Assembly (NCBI GenBank): GCA_965217775.1 | Contig: CBDCJH010000002.1 | Coordinates: 5,408,001 to 5,472,000, forward strand | From: Acidobacteriota bacterium | GTDB taxonomy: Bacteria; Acidobacteriota; UBA6911; RPQK01; JAJDTT01 | Reading direction: 5' to 3' | DNA: 64,000 bases | Shown here: positions 38,391 through 48,504 of the stretch, in pieces | Numbering within the stretch: the first letter of the stretch is position 1 | How the letters are laid out: each line of letters opens with the position of its first letter | The notes under the pieces: model-generated | What the model saw: the letters and a program-made list of their open reading frames with translations, nothing else | Told to the model about the DNA's origin: nothing | Databases searched by the model: none | Made by a program: the position numbers and the translations under genes

Positions 38391-39689
38391 ATGGGAGAGA
38401 ATCTGCCCCGATCCGAAAGCCGTAGACCACCGAGAAGAACCTTCTTGAAATCCGCGTCGCTGGCAGCAGCGGCCGGAACAACCTGGATTCGAAACATGGG
38501 ACAAGCCGTCGCTACCACCAGTCAAGCCACAATTCCGCAATGGGTGAGCCGGGTTCGCAAGGAAATACCGACGACCTCGGAATCCGCCTATTTTCTGACC
38601 GGGGGAATCGGTCCGTCGCCCACTCCCGTCATCGAACGGGTCAAGGAGCTTCTGGACCTGCAGAATCGTGGACCCGGAGATCCGCGAATCAACCCCCGGA
38701 TCGCCGTGGTGGAGGAAGAATGCCGCGCCTTGGCCGCGGCCGCCCTGGGCGCCGATGAAGAAGAGGTGACCCTGACCCACAACACCACCGAGGGTCTCAA
38801 CATCGTCATCTGGTCCATCGACTGGAAGGCGGGGGACGAAATCCTCATCAGTGACCACGAGCATCCCGCTCTGCTGCAGCCATCCTACAATCTCCACGAG
38901 CGTTTCGGCGTCGTTTATCGGCGGGCTCCCATGGGCGTGGGTGAAGATGTCCTCGGCAGCGTTCTGAGCCAGATCTCACCGCGCACCCGATTAGTGGCCA
39001 TGAGCCATGTCTCCCGCCGCAACGGCCGAGTTCTTCCGGCGCGGAAGCTGGCGCAAGAACTGCACAAGCGTGGCGTGCGGCTCTTGCTGGACGGCGCCCA
39101 GGCCGCCGGAAACATCCCGCTCGACTTCCACGATCTTGGGTGCGACTACTACTCGTTTTGCGGCCACAAGTGGCTGCTGGGCCCCAAGGGGACGGGAGGA
39201 CTCCTGACCCGGAAGGAGATCCTGAACTCGACACCGGTTTCGTGGACCGGAGCCCACAGCCAGGTCACCATCGAGGACGACGGGCAATATGAGTGGCATC
39301 CCGACGGCCGCCGCTACGAGTTCGGGACCCGTGCCCTGCCCGTCTTCGGAGGATTTGCCGAAACCCTGCGCTGGCTCGACAACGTGGGTTGGGATCGGAT
39401 CCACCGCCGGACCGCGGACCTGTCAAAACGGTTCTCGGAATGGGTCCGCGATTCAAGGCTCTTCCAGCTCATCTCTCCCCTTGAGGATGGGAGCCGGAGC
39501 GGAGTCGTGAGCCTGAGGCTGCCGGAGGGATTTCTGGGGATGGACTTCTACGAGCGGCTGGCCGAGAAGGACGGGATCGTGGTGGCGCCCTTGGAACACC
39601 CCCGGGATATCCGCGTCTGCGTCCACTTCTTCAACACCTGGGAGGAGATCGAGAGGCTGGGCGCCAAGCTGAACCAGTACTGCATCTGA
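38391..39689 (+). CDS. class V PLP aminotransferase (cysteine desulfurase/epimerase-like) with Tat signal
   Basis: RRTFLK, NTTEG, EHP, DGAQ, CGHKWLLGPKGTG, RYEFGT. Confidence 0.9.
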   Translation: MGENLPRSESRRPPRRTFLKSASLAAAAGTTWIRNMGQAVATTSQATIPQWVSRVRKEIPTTSESAYFLTGGIGPSPTPVIERVKELLDLQNRGPGDPRINPRIAVVEEECRALAAAALGADEEEVTLTHNTTEGLNIVIWSIDWKAGDEILISDHEHPALLQPSYNLHERFGVVYRRAPMGVGEDVLGSVLSQISPRTRLVAMSHVSRRNGRVLPARKLAQELHKRGVRLLLDGAQAAGNIPLDFHDLGCDYYSFCGHKWLLGPKGTGGLLTRKEILNSTPVSWTGAHSQVTIEDDGQYEWHPDGRRYEFGTRALPVFGGFAETLRWLDNVGWDRIHRRTADLSKRFSEWVRDSRLFQLISPLEDGSRSGVVSLRLPEGFLGMDFYERLAEKDGIVVAPLEHPRDIRVCVHFFNTWEEIERLGAKLNQYCI

Positions 39690-39713
39690 GTATTGCGGCG
39701 GATCCCCAGGTAG

Positions 39714-40778
39714 CTACGAACGGGCGGAGGGCGGATTCATCCGCCAGAAGATCCCAAACAGGTTGGCCTCGCGCTGGGGAGTGCTCCGATCCTCCCAGTG
39801 ATAGAGGGTGAGAAACTTTCCCGGCTCCAATTCCAGGGTCTGGGACAGCCCCACGTCGGTCGCCGGCGCGTCGTCAGCCAAGGCCGTCGGCGGTCCCCAG
39901 CTCTTTCCCTGGTCGCGGCTGGTCCGAATGGCGACACCATAGGGCTTGTGCCTCACGCTGTAGGTCATGACCAGTTCACCGCACGAGGACTCCAGTAGAA
40001 ATCCCTGCATTTCGGCGGCATCCGTCACCTGCCGGGGCCGGGACCAGATTCTCCCTTCGTCTCGGGACACACTCACCAGAGTTCTGGCCAGCGGCCGCTG
40101 GAGCGACTCCTCATAGGTCATGGCCTCTTCCAGCTCGGCGCTGCGAAGCGATGCCAGGAGCACGCCCGAGGCAAGGCGCAGGAGATGGGGCTGGGTGGTG
40201 AAACGGCAGATCAGGCCTCCGTACTCCCATCGATCGCCGTCGCGGGAGCGGAAGAAGAGGGTGAAATCGCCCTTTCGTTCCCGCGGTTTGCCCCCGTGTT
40301 CGTAGACAGGGTAGTAGCCGCCGTACGCGGTGAGCAGGAGTTCGCCGTCCGGAAGCGCGGTCACACCGCCGAATGGATAGACGTAATCGAACGGTCCCGG
40401 GTGCAACTCGAAGGGGTCTTCCCAGTTCCTGCCCTCGTCGGAGGAGGTCATGAGCATGCCCTTGCAGGTGCCGTTGGACCGTCGGGTGAATCCAAGCAGG
40501 ATGATGCCGCCGGGAAGACGGCTCATCATCTGCACCCGCTCGTCGTTCCCTGAATTGACAAGGATGCGAGGCTCGGTCCAGGTCCGGCCTCCATCGCGGG
40601 ACTCCACCAGGGACACGGAGCTGTTGTCGGCGACTCCGGTCAAGCCGGTGCGGGCGGCCACCAGGAGGCGATCGTTTCCCAATCGGACCACCTTGGGTGC
40701 GTGTCCTCCCGGGCACACGAGCACGCGGCCGTCGGTTTCGATTCGAGGTGCTGCTGCCGCTTCTGAGGAATAGTTCAT
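39714..40778 (-). CDS. sialidase/BNR-repeat protein
   Basis: Asp boxes SRDGGRTW, SSDEGRNW, SRDEGRIW, SRDQGKSW. Confidence 0.88.
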   Translation of the reverse strand: MNYSSEAAAAPRIETDGRVLVCPGGHAPKVVRLGNDRLLVAARTGLTGVADNSSVSLVESRDGGRTWTEPRILVNSGNDERVQMMSRLPGGIILLGFTRRSNGTCKGMLMTSSDEGRNWEDPFELHPGPFDYVYPFGGVTALPDGELLLTAYGGYYPVYEHGGKPRERKGDFTLFFRSRDGDRWEYGGLICRFTTQPHLLRLASGVLLASLRSAELEEAMTYEESLQRPLARTLVSVSRDEGRIWSRPRQVTDAAEMQGFLLESSCGELVMTYSVRHKPYGVAIRTSRDQGKSWGPPTALADDAPATDVGLSQTLELEPGKFLTLYHWEDRSTPQREANLFGIFWRMNPPSARS

Positions 40779-40808
40779 CGGTAACTCCGTAACTTCGATC
40801 GAGAGGAA

Positions 40809-41693
40809 TCAATGAAGTGAAATGGATCTGCGGACCACCCGGCCCCCTTCTTTGGCCAGGGTCCGAATCTCGGAAATGCCATGGTCCAAAAGGTAGAGAC
40901 GAGCCTCCTCGATTCCGGCTCCCACCTGGTCGGGGCCGTGGCTGTCATCTCCGAAACAGACGCCGATGCCCATTTCATGGGCTTGGCGCAACAGCCAGGG
41001 TTCCGGGTAGGGACAGCCCAGGTTCTTGCGGTATCCGGCCGTGTTGAGATCCAGGATGCTGCCGTGGCGGCGGATCACCTCCAGTGCCTCGCGAGCCGAC
41101 CGCCTGATGGGCGGCGTGTCCAATGGTCCGTAGTGCCGGCCGTTCTTGCGAACCAGATCCAGATGTCCCACCACTTCGGGCCGGAGTGCTTCGACCATGC
41201 GAGCTACTTCCTGGTAGTAGCGGGTCGCCAGGGCTTCCAGGCCGCCGGCCCGGTTCAGGGCACGTTCGAAGTCTTCGGGCTCGCTGTCGATGATGATTTC
41301 CCCCACGAAGTGGACGGAGCCCACCATGTAGTCGAAACCCATGTCCGACCGGTAACGGCGCATGACGTCGGCGTAGGTCGAACTGGGCACGACCTCGGCT
41401 TCGAAACCTTTCAGGACCTGCAGCAGGGGACTGAACTCGCGAACCAGGGGGTCCAGGGCCGATCGGTAGGCACGAAAGTCCCGTTCCAGCTTGGGCACGT
41501 CCCATCCCAGCTCGATCTCACGGGCATAGAGGAAGCGCTCTGCCAGACGGGGAGCGTGCTCCGTGATCCCGAAAACGGACATCTTCTGCGAGACCGCTGC
41601 TTCCAGAATCTGGCGGAGAGTCCCTTCCGCATGATCGCAGAAAGCCCCGCTGTGTCCGCCGTGAAGGGAAACCTTCCAAGGCACGGATTCCAT
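40809..41693 (-). CDS. histidinol-phosphatase, HisJ/PHP family
   Basis: SLHGGHS, FCDHA, TEHAP, GSVH, GHLDL, GDDSH. Confidence 0.88.
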   Translation of the reverse strand: MESVPWKVSLHGGHSGAFCDHAEGTLRQILEAAVSQKMSVFGITEHAPRLAERFLYAREIELGWDVPKLERDFRAYRSALDPLVREFSPLLQVLKGFEAEVVPSSTYADVMRRYRSDMGFDYMVGSVHFVGEIIIDSEPEDFERALNRAGGLEALATRYYQEVARMVEALRPEVVGHLDLVRKNGRHYGPLDTPPIRRSAREALEVIRRHGSILDLNTAGYRKNLGCPYPEPWLLRQAHEMGIGVCFGDDSHGPDQVGAGIEEARLYLLDHGISEIRTLAKEGGRVVRRSISLH

Positions 41694-41839
41694 TGGACAA
41701 TCCTATCAACAAGGAAGAGAACTTCGGTACGGAGGAGAGATCGAAAGAAAAACGCGGCGGCGGGGAGGAGGGTCACCGCCGGGTTGTGGAATTCAGATTG
41801 CCGGGCCGGCGAGCGGGAAGCGACAAGGGTGCGATCGTC

Positions 41840-42547
41840 CTATTTCCTGGGTAGGATCAGGACTGCCGTCCCCCCGTGTCCACGATATTCGAGTCGGTGC
41901 ACCGCCTTCTTACGGTGCTTTCCCACCGCGAAGTAGAGATGGCCGGCGACCGGCGACCCGGTGTAGCCCTCGGGAAGGCTCTTGTCCACCAACTCCGTCT
42001 TCATGACCTGACGATCCCGGTCGGTGGAGGGCCGGGGGCGTCGATCGCGTAATACTCCGATCCCAATCGTGGTGCTGGGGCCACCGGACCTGATGTCGTC
42101 ATTACGATTGCGGCGACCGGGGTAGGCTTCCGGATAGCGCTCGCGGCGCGATTCGTATCCGATGGTTCCCGAAGAAACCACACCGCTCCGCTTGGCTGAC
42201 GAGGCTCTCCGTTGCAGACCGGCCGCGATCATCTCCGGTTTCTGGGGGCGGAAGATCTGGTCCCTACCGGAAACCTGGAGAACGAAGTCCCGGTTGTCCA
42301 CCGCGATGTCGGCATTGCCGGGGTAGAGAGCCACTTCCACGACGACATATTTCCCTTTCAGGGGAGTCACGAAGGTCTGCAAGACTTCCATCTCGCTGAG
42401 CAGCCGGGCACCCAGACTGTAACCCTCCTTTTCGATGGAGACGGGATACTTGTTCACCTCGCTCCGAGGACGAGTTCCATCCGAGCCAGCCAAGCCGAAG
42501 ACGCCGGAGAGCAGCGCAACGGAAAGGTTCCGAATCAACTTCTTCAT
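41840..42547 (-). CDS. secreted hypothetical protein (paralog of 42725-43486)
   Basis: signal peptide; KYVVVEVALYP, GSPVAGHLYF shared with the neighbour. Confidence 0.85.
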   Translation of the reverse strand: MKKLIRNLSVALLSGVFGLAGSDGTRPRSEVNKYPVSIEKEGYSLGARLLSEMEVLQTFVTPLKGKYVVVEVALYPGNADIAVDNRDFVLQVSGRDQIFRPQKPEMIAAGLQRRASSAKRSGVVSSGTIGYESRRERYPEAYPGRRNRNDDIRSGGPSTTIGIGVLRDRRPRPSTDRDRQVMKTELVDKSLPEGYTGSPVAGHLYFAVGKHRKKAVHRLEYRGHGGTAVLILPRK

Positions 42548-42550
42548 AGC

Positions 42551-42724
42551 CTACTGCTGGAATCTCTCCCGTAAGTTGGGTTCGATCCTTACGATCTTTC
42601 CGGTCTGTACGTAAACGCGAATTTCGAAGGCAACGAGTGGTTCGGTTTCCACCGTCAGCTGGTACACGCCCGGTTCCGGCCAGATTCCCTTGAGTTCATA
42701 GGCCAAGCCGGCAATGGCGCCGTC
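42551..42724 (-). pseudogene. duplicated 3' fragment of the PEGA gene
   Basis: translates DGAIAGLAYELKGIWPEPGVYQLTVE...IRVYVQTGKIVRIEP, matching the 43490 gene C-terminus; no start codon. Confidence 0.85.
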
Positions 42725-43486
42725 CTACTTCCTGGGAAGGACCAGGACGGTGGTCTCCCCGTTTCCGCGGTATTCGAGCCGATGCTCCGCCTTCTCGCGG
42801 TACTCCCCGACTGCGAAGTAGAGGTGGCCGGCGACCGGCGACCCGATGAATCCCTGGGGAATACTCTTGTCCTGCAATTCCGTCTCCATGACGTACCGAT
42901 CCTGGTCGCTGGAGGGCTGGGGCTGGCGATCGAGTACGACGCCGACTCCCACGACGGTCCGGAGACCACCATAGCCCCGCCGGCGGTCGTATCGCCCGTC
43001 GCGCTCACGGCGATCCCAATCGGGATCCTCGACATCACGACGGTCGCTACGCCTGGGAAACCGCCCGTCGGGATAGTGTCCCCGACCCGATTCGTATTCG
43101 ATGTTTCCGTACGGAACGATGCTGACCCGCCTGCCCGCCTTGGTCGTCCGCTGCTGGCCGATGGCGATCCGGCTCGGCTCCTGGGGACGGAACGACCGGT
43201 CGAAACCGTCAATCCGGAGTACGAAGTCCCGGTTGTCCACCTCGATATCGTTGATGCCGGGGTACATTGCCACTTCCACCACGACGTACTTTCCCTTCAG
43301 GGGAGTGACGAAGGTCTGCAGGACCTCCTTCTCGCTGAGCAACCGGGCGCCCAGACTGTAGCCGTCCTTCTCGATGGAGACGGGATACTTCCTGACATTG
43401 GTCAGAGGACGTGTGCCATCCGAGTTGGCCAAGACGAAGATTCCGGAGAGCAGTGCGACGGAAAGGGTCTGAATCAACTTTTTCAT
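42725..43486 (-). CDS. secreted hypothetical protein (paralog of 41840-42547)
   Basis: signal peptide; strong similarity to neighbour apart from an Arg/Asp/Gly-rich central insert. Confidence 0.85.
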   Translation of the reverse strand: MKKLIQTLSVALLSGIFVLANSDGTRPLTNVRKYPVSIEKDGYSLGARLLSEKEVLQTFVTPLKGKYVVVEVAMYPGINDIEVDNRDFVLRIDGFDRSFRPQEPSRIAIGQQRTTKAGRRVSIVPYGNIEYESGRGHYPDGRFPRRSDRRDVEDPDWDRRERDGRYDRRRGYGGLRTVVGVGVVLDRQPQPSSDQDRYVMETELQDKSIPQGFIGSPVAGHLYFAVGEYREKAEHRLEYRGNGETTVLVLPRK

Positions 43487-43489
43487 AGT

Positions 43490-44020
43490 CTACTCCTGGG
43501 ATCTCTCCTTGAATTTGGGTTCGATCCGTACCGTCTTCCCCGTCAGTACGTAGACCCGAATCTCGAAGGGCTCGTGCCGGTCGGGTTCCACCTTCAACTG
43601 GTACACGCCCGGATCCAGCCAGATTTCCTTGAGATCCTTGGCCAGACCGGCGAAGGCGCCGTCCAGGTAGACGCTCGCCTCCTTGTATTTCGTCTTCAAC
43701 TTGATTCGGCCTCCCCTGGCGGTTCGTCCGTAACCCGCAAAGTAAGCGGGATGGTAGAAATCGGGATAGGCCCAGGCGCCGGTCAAGTGATGGAACGGGT
43801 ACCTGCCCCAGTAATAGGAGTAGTGGGGGAAATAACCGAACGGAGGGTAGTAGCGAAACCGGCTGTATCTGTATCCGCCTCCCAGAGAAAACCCGTGCAG
43901 GTTGAAGAGTCCGGACTTTTCGACGGTCACGGCCCCTTTAGCCGCCCCGGTATCGGCCTTCTTCTCGGCGGCCAGGGGTTGGAGGAGAAAGAGGGAGATA
44001 AGGAATAGTCTAGGTGACAT
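43490..44020 (-). CDS. PEGA-domain secreted protein
   Basis: signal peptide, Tyr/Gly-rich linker, ASVYLDGAFAG...LDPGVYQLKV. Confidence 0.85.
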   Translation of the reverse strand: MSPRLFLISLFLLQPLAAEKKADTGAAKGAVTVEKSGLFNLHGFSLGGGYRYSRFRYYPPFGYFPHYSYYWGRYPFHHLTGAWAYPDFYHPAYFAGYGRTARGGRIKLKTKYKEASVYLDGAFAGLAKDLKEIWLDPGVYQLKVEPDRHEPFEIRVYVLTGKTVRIEPKFKERSQE

Positions 44021-44118
44021 GATCGAATTTCCTGCCAGTGTACACGATTCGATTCTTATTTTATTAGACCGTCACCGGATCGTAATGGTTCATTGCCCCC
44101 GAAAAATTCGTGATCCAT

Positions 44119-44712
44119 TCAATCCGGGGGCCGGATCATGGTTTCGGCGATGGCGAAGACGCAGGAACTCCGGTCTCCGCCTCCCAATGCCTCCCGCCAG
44201 ATGCTTCGAGGGTAGGGGGTACCTTCGATCCGGCGGCCATCCAGGAGGACCCGAGCCCCTTGGCAGAAGAAGAGCACCGTGAAGGCGGGCCTTCGCCGCT
44301 GAATTTCCGGGTCGGCACGGTAAGCCAGGGTGGCCGGCTCCAGCCGGGTCCAGGTCACGCTCAGGCGATGGCTTCCGGCCTCCATGATCCATGACGGGGA
44401 CTCTTTCAGGCCGCCCCCGCGCCGAAAGGCGGCTTCAACGACCGGAAGGCCGGATCCGAAGGGCGGCGCCTTCCCTCGAAACATGGTTTCCCGGATGAAC
44501 TGAAGGAGGGCTCGATTGTCGGTCAACACCGCCTGGAGTGAGCCGGGAACGTCCACGAAGGCGACGTGCCCCTCACCGGCGGGGCTGTAAACGGACCGGT
44601 AGAGGCTGACTCGAACGGAATCCACTCGGGTTCCGGGTGCGCGCAGAAAGCAGATCCAGTGTTCTCCCGACCAGAGGAGGCGGCCGGGCAGGATCGGATT
44701 CGGTGCGGTCAT
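44119..44712 (-). CDS. hypothetical protein
   Basis: ATGA overlap with hydrolase stop; MTAPNPILPGRLLWSGEHW, YSPAGEGH. Confidence 0.7.
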   Translation of the reverse strand: MTAPNPILPGRLLWSGEHWICFLRAPGTRVDSVRVSLYRSVYSPAGEGHVAFVDVPGSLQAVLTDNRALLQFIRETMFRGKAPPFGSGLPVVEAAFRRGGGLKESPSWIMEAGSHRLSVTWTRLEPATLAYRADPEIQRRRPAFTVLFFCQGARVLLDGRRIEGTPYPRSIWREALGGGDRSSCVFAIAETMIRPPD

Positions 44713-45575
44713 GGCGTCGACGACTGGAAGAGTTCCTTCAAGAAGCGGAGGATCTCCTCCCGGACCGGATCGCCCTTTCGACCCAACCCGGCGATGATGT
44801 TCACGTGGTTGCGGTCCGCAATCTCCAGGCTTCGGACCGTGCCCCCCCACTTGGCCAGGGCGCTCTCGAGGCGGCGGGTCTGATAGTCGGCCGTGGGATA
44901 ATCTTGATCGGCATAGAGGAGCAGAAAAGGCGCCGGTTTGCTCCGCACTCGGAGAGCCGGAGAGGCGGCCTGGAGTTGTTCGTTTCGGGTGCCGAAGACG
45001 TCCTGGTAGAGGAGCTGTCCCGTCACCCCGGTCCGGGTCAGGTCGTAGACGCCGCTGACGGCCACCACCCCGCCGATCACATCGGGCGCCCGGCCGTGCT
45101 CCTTCAGATACACCTCGTCCAACGCCGTCAGGGAGCAGAGATGCGCGCCGGCCGAATGCCCCACGAGAACGATCTTTCCGGGGTTCCAACCGTACCGGGA
45201 GGCATTGCCATGGACCCAACTGACCGCCCGTGCCACGTCCCGGGCGTGTTCGGGATGGCGCACCTCCGGGGTGAGCCGATAGTTGATCACCGCCACGGCC
45301 ACCCCCTCGGCGGCCAGACTCCGGCCCATGGCGCCGTAAGCCCCCCCGTAGGCGTCCTTGTCGCCCCGTCTCCAGGAACCCCCGTGGACGAACACCAGCA
45401 CCGGATGCCCCTCGCTTCCGGATGGAAGGTAGAGGTCCAATTTGTGCTTGCTGGGATGAGCGTTGGATCCTTCGTAGTAGGACAGGTCCTTCCGTTCTAC
45501 GATCCGGCTCGACCCCGTAGCGGGAACCGTCGTGACTGCCACCCACAACCACAAGGCGGTCAAGGCGTATCTCAT
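44709..45575 (-). CDS. secreted alpha/beta hydrolase (carboxylesterase/lipase)
   Basis: LDLYLP, VHGGSW, NYRLTP, GHSAG. Confidence 0.9.
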   Translation of the reverse strand: MRYALTALWLWVAVTTVPATGSSRIVERKDLSYYEGSNAHPSKHKLDLYLPSGSEGHPVLVFVHGGSWRRGDKDAYGGAYGAMGRSLAAEGVAVAVINYRLTPEVRHPEHARDVARAVSWVHGNASRYGWNPGKIVLVGHSAGAHLCSLTALDEVYLKEHGRAPDVIGGVVAVSGVYDLTRTGVTGQLLYQDVFGTRNEQLQAASPALRVRSKPAPFLLLYADQDYPTADYQTRRLESALAKWGGTVRSLEIADRNHVNIIAGLGRKGDPVREEILRFLKELFQSSTP

Positions 45576-45715
45576 GGGGCTACGATGCTGGACCACCGGC
45601 CGATATCTTGCAAGTGAGATCCGTCCCGCTCGGCGGCAGCGCTGTCGAACGTCCCAAGGGGTCTGACACGGGACTCTGCGCACGACGTGCAAAAATCGGT
45701 CACAATACGCCCGTC

Positions 45716-46444
45716 GTGGAATCATTGCGAGTTGAAAACCTCACCAAGGACTATCCCATGGGAGAGCGGGTGGTCCGGGCCCTGGACGGGATCTCGTTGG
45801 AGGTCGTTCCGGGAGAATTTCTGGGTGTCGTGGGCCGTTCCGGTTCCGGGAAGTCGACCCTGCTCAACCTGTTGGCAGGGCTGGACCGCCCCAGTTCAGG
45901 CTCGCTCTGGGTCGGCGACCGGGACCTGGCCCGAATGAGTCCCGAACAATTGGCTCATCATCGCCAGCACACGGTGGGAATCGTGTTTCAGTTCTTTCAC
46001 CTGATCCCGACCTTGACCGCCCTCCAGAACGTGGAATTGCCCATGGCTTTCTCCGGGTTGGGACCGGGAAAACGGGCGGACAAGGCCAGATCTCTGCTGG
46101 GAAGCGTCGGACTCTCCCATCGCTTGGACCACGTCCCCTCCCAGCTCTCCGGAGGTGAGCAGCAACGGGTCTCCATCGCTCGTTCACTGGCCAACGACCC
46201 TCAGTTTCTGCTCGCCGACGAACCCACCGGCAACCTGGACAGCGCCACGGCCGGGGAGATCCAGGAGATCTTCAAGCGGCTCCACTTGGAGGGACGCACC
46301 GTGATCTGCGTGACCCACGAGCAGGACCTCTGGAAAGAAAGCCTGGATCGCGTGATCGAACTGAGGGATGGCCGCCTTTTCCGGGAAGAACGGCTGGTGC
46401 GAGGCGAAGGCGGTGGGAACGGAATCCCGGGCGGAGAGGACTGA
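45716..46444 (+). CDS. ABC transporter ATP-binding protein (LolD/MacB-like)
   Basis: GRSGSGKST, LSGGEQQR, LLADEPTGNLD. Confidence 0.95.
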   Translation: MESLRVENLTKDYPMGERVVRALDGISLEVVPGEFLGVVGRSGSGKSTLLNLLAGLDRPSSGSLWVGDRDLARMSPEQLAHHRQHTVGIVFQFFHLIPTLTALQNVELPMAFSGLGPGKRADKARSLLGSVGLSHRLDHVPSQLSGGEQQRVSIARSLANDPQFLLADEPTGNLDSATAGEIQEIFKRLHLEGRTVICVTHEQDLWKESLDRVIELRDGRLFREERLVRGEGGGNGIPGGED

Positions 46445-47784
46445 TGCCCTGGAGTGACATCTTCCAGATGGCCTGGCGCAACATCGGACAGGCCCGCCTG
46501 CGCTTCGTCCTGACCTGCCTGGGGGTTCTGATCGCCATCTCCACCCTGGTGGCACTGGTGAGTTTCGGAGCCGGGCTACGCCTGCAGACGGTCGGGAACC
46601 TGGAGGTGCGGGAGGTGTTCACCTCTTTCCAGATTCTGGGACCCGCCAGATCCCAGAGCTTCAGACGGTTTCGGGATTCCGGCCCGGACTCCGCCACTCC
46701 AACCGCCAGACCGGTTCTGGACGAAGACCTGGTCCACAGGGTCGCGGCTCTTGAAGGAGTCGTGAGCGTCCAACCGGACATCCGATTCGCGGCTCGACTG
46801 GAGCACGGGGACAAGGTTCACCTGACCCGGGTTCGCGGGGCAGGCCCGCACGTCGCTCCCCTGTCCCCCTATTCGAAGATCACTCAGGGGCGGTTTCTCT
46901 CCGGGACCCAGGGGGCCGAGATCGTCCTCACCGGCCGGGTGGCTCGCCGGTTGGGGTTCGAGCCCCCGGAGCAGGCCGTGGGGAAAACCATCCAACTCTT
47001 GACGGATCGTCTCAAGCAGGACGTCTCGGACGGGGATCTTCCCTTCGAGACGGTTCGATTTGCCTATCGGGTCGTGGGTGTCCTGCCTCGTCTGCTCCCG
47101 AATCAGACCAACCCGTTTTTCCGGGGTGTGGTCATCCCCTTGGTAGAGGCGCGGGAACTCTGGAAGGAAAATGCGAGCGGGATGACCTCCCTGTCCGGCC
47201 TGACCTCTCTGGAGGAAGGCCGGGGGCGCGAATACGACAGCATCGACGTGCGCGTGGCGGACCTGGTGAGCCTGGAGCGGGTTCGGGAAGAGGTCCGGTC
47301 CTGGGGAGCGGCGACGTTCGCCATCGTCGACCAGATGAAGCGGATCCAAGAGGCGTTTCTGGTGCTGGAGGTAGTCCTCGGCGTCCTGGGCGGAATCGCC
47401 ATGCTCGTCGCTTCTCTGGGCATCGCCAACGTCCTGATCATTTCGGTCATGGAGCGCCGCCGGGTCATCGGCATCATGAAGGCCATCGGAGGGACCGACC
47501 GGGACGTCCGCCGCATCTTTCTGGCCGAGGCGGGTCTGATCGGTTTCTCAGGCGGGGTCATGGGGCTTCTGGCCGGTTGGACTCTGACCCGAATAGCCAC
47601 GGTCTTCATCGACCGCTACTTCCAGAGCCACGATATTCTGAACGCTCCCAACCTCTTCGCCTATCCACTATGGCTGGTGGCCGGCGCCATCGGTTTCGCG
47701 GTGGGGCTGAGCCTTCTCTCGGGCGTGATTCCGGCCAATCGCGCCACGCGGGTCGATCCGGTCGAGGCTCTCCGGCAAGGCTGA
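46444..47784 (+). CDS. ABC transporter permease (MacB/FtsX-like)
   Basis: SVMERRRVIGIMKAIG, PANRATRVDPVEALR. Confidence 0.93.
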   Translation: MPWSDIFQMAWRNIGQARLRFVLTCLGVLIAISTLVALVSFGAGLRLQTVGNLEVREVFTSFQILGPARSQSFRRFRDSGPDSATPTARPVLDEDLVHRVAALEGVVSVQPDIRFAARLEHGDKVHLTRVRGAGPHVAPLSPYSKITQGRFLSGTQGAEIVLTGRVARRLGFEPPEQAVGKTIQLLTDRLKQDVSDGDLPFETVRFAYRVVGVLPRLLPNQTNPFFRGVVIPLVEARELWKENASGMTSLSGLTSLEEGRGREYDSIDVRVADLVSLERVREEVRSWGAATFAIVDQMKRIQEAFLVLEVVLGVLGGIAMLVASLGIANVLIISVMERRRVIGIMKAIGGTDRDVRRIFLAEAGLIGFSGGVMGLLAGWTLTRIATVFIDRYFQSHDILNAPNLFAYPLWLVAGAIGFAVGLSLLSGVIPANRATRVDPVEALRQG

Positions 47785-47804
47785 ATCTTTGACACCGGCT
47801 GGAG

Positions 47805-48368
47805 CTACCGGTCGGGCAAGCGCTGCTCCGGGACGGACGATCGTACGGGAGGAGTGGGCGCCGGATCGCCGGTCTGGCGTTTCTCCTCGGGGACGATCTC
47901 CCGGGGAGGACGGGTCAGCGGTCGACCCGCCCGGCCCCCCGAGGGAGCCGAAATCGGAGGAACCTGCCGTGAAGGCCTCGAAACCGGGGTTCGGCTCACC
48001 GGCGCCGGCCGGTTCCGGGACGGAGTGAGCCTGCGAGGGGCCGTCGACTGGGACCGGCCACCCGCCCGCCGACCCGGTTCCCCGGGTCGAACGGTTGGCG
48101 CCGCCGTGGAAGAACCCGGAGTGGACGGTTCAACCGGGTCCGTCTCCGATCCGGCCGGAGGAAGTCTCCTGGGTGTCGGAATCCGTGGTTCCGGGCTGGG
48201 AGTCGATGCTTCCGGCGAGGGGCTGTCGACCTGGCGTCTCTCCTGCTGGATCGGACGCACGATTTCCTCGACCGGGTCGGCGCTCCAATAGGTTTGAGTC
48301 AGGGCGTAGACGACGAACAGAGCCGATGCGACGACCAGGGCGGTGTTGATCTGGTTGGCGTATTTCAC
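47805..48368 (-). CDS. membrane-anchored Pro/Arg/Ser-rich hypothetical protein
   Basis: single N-terminal TM (TALVVASALFVVYAL) and low-complexity tail; GTG start inferred. Confidence 0.6.
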   Translation of the reverse strand: MKYANQINTALVVASALFVVYALTQTYWSADPVEEIVRPIQQERRQVDSPSPEASTPSPEPRIPTPRRLPPAGSETDPVEPSTPGSSTAAPTVRPGEPGRRAGGRSQSTAPRRLTPSRNRPAPVSRTPVSRPSRQVPPISAPSGGRAGRPLTRPPREIVPEEKRQTGDPAPTPPVRSSVPEQRLPDR

Positions 48369-48401
48369 TGCGGTCGCTTGCTCCCGTTGACCTGAATAGC
48401 T

Positions 48402-48426
48402 TACCAGTCCGTGGTGAAAGTCCCGC
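48402..48426 (+). mobile_element. solo terminal repeat of the MITE family
   Basis: TA-CCAGTCCGTGGTGAAAGTCCCGC matches the MITE end at 52974. Confidence 0.72.
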
Positions 48427-48504
48427 ATTGCACCCCGGCCGGGTCCGCGCCCGCCGGTTCCGGTTCGCTTTTGACCGACCGGTAAGCTATCTTGAGATTC
48501 CCAC

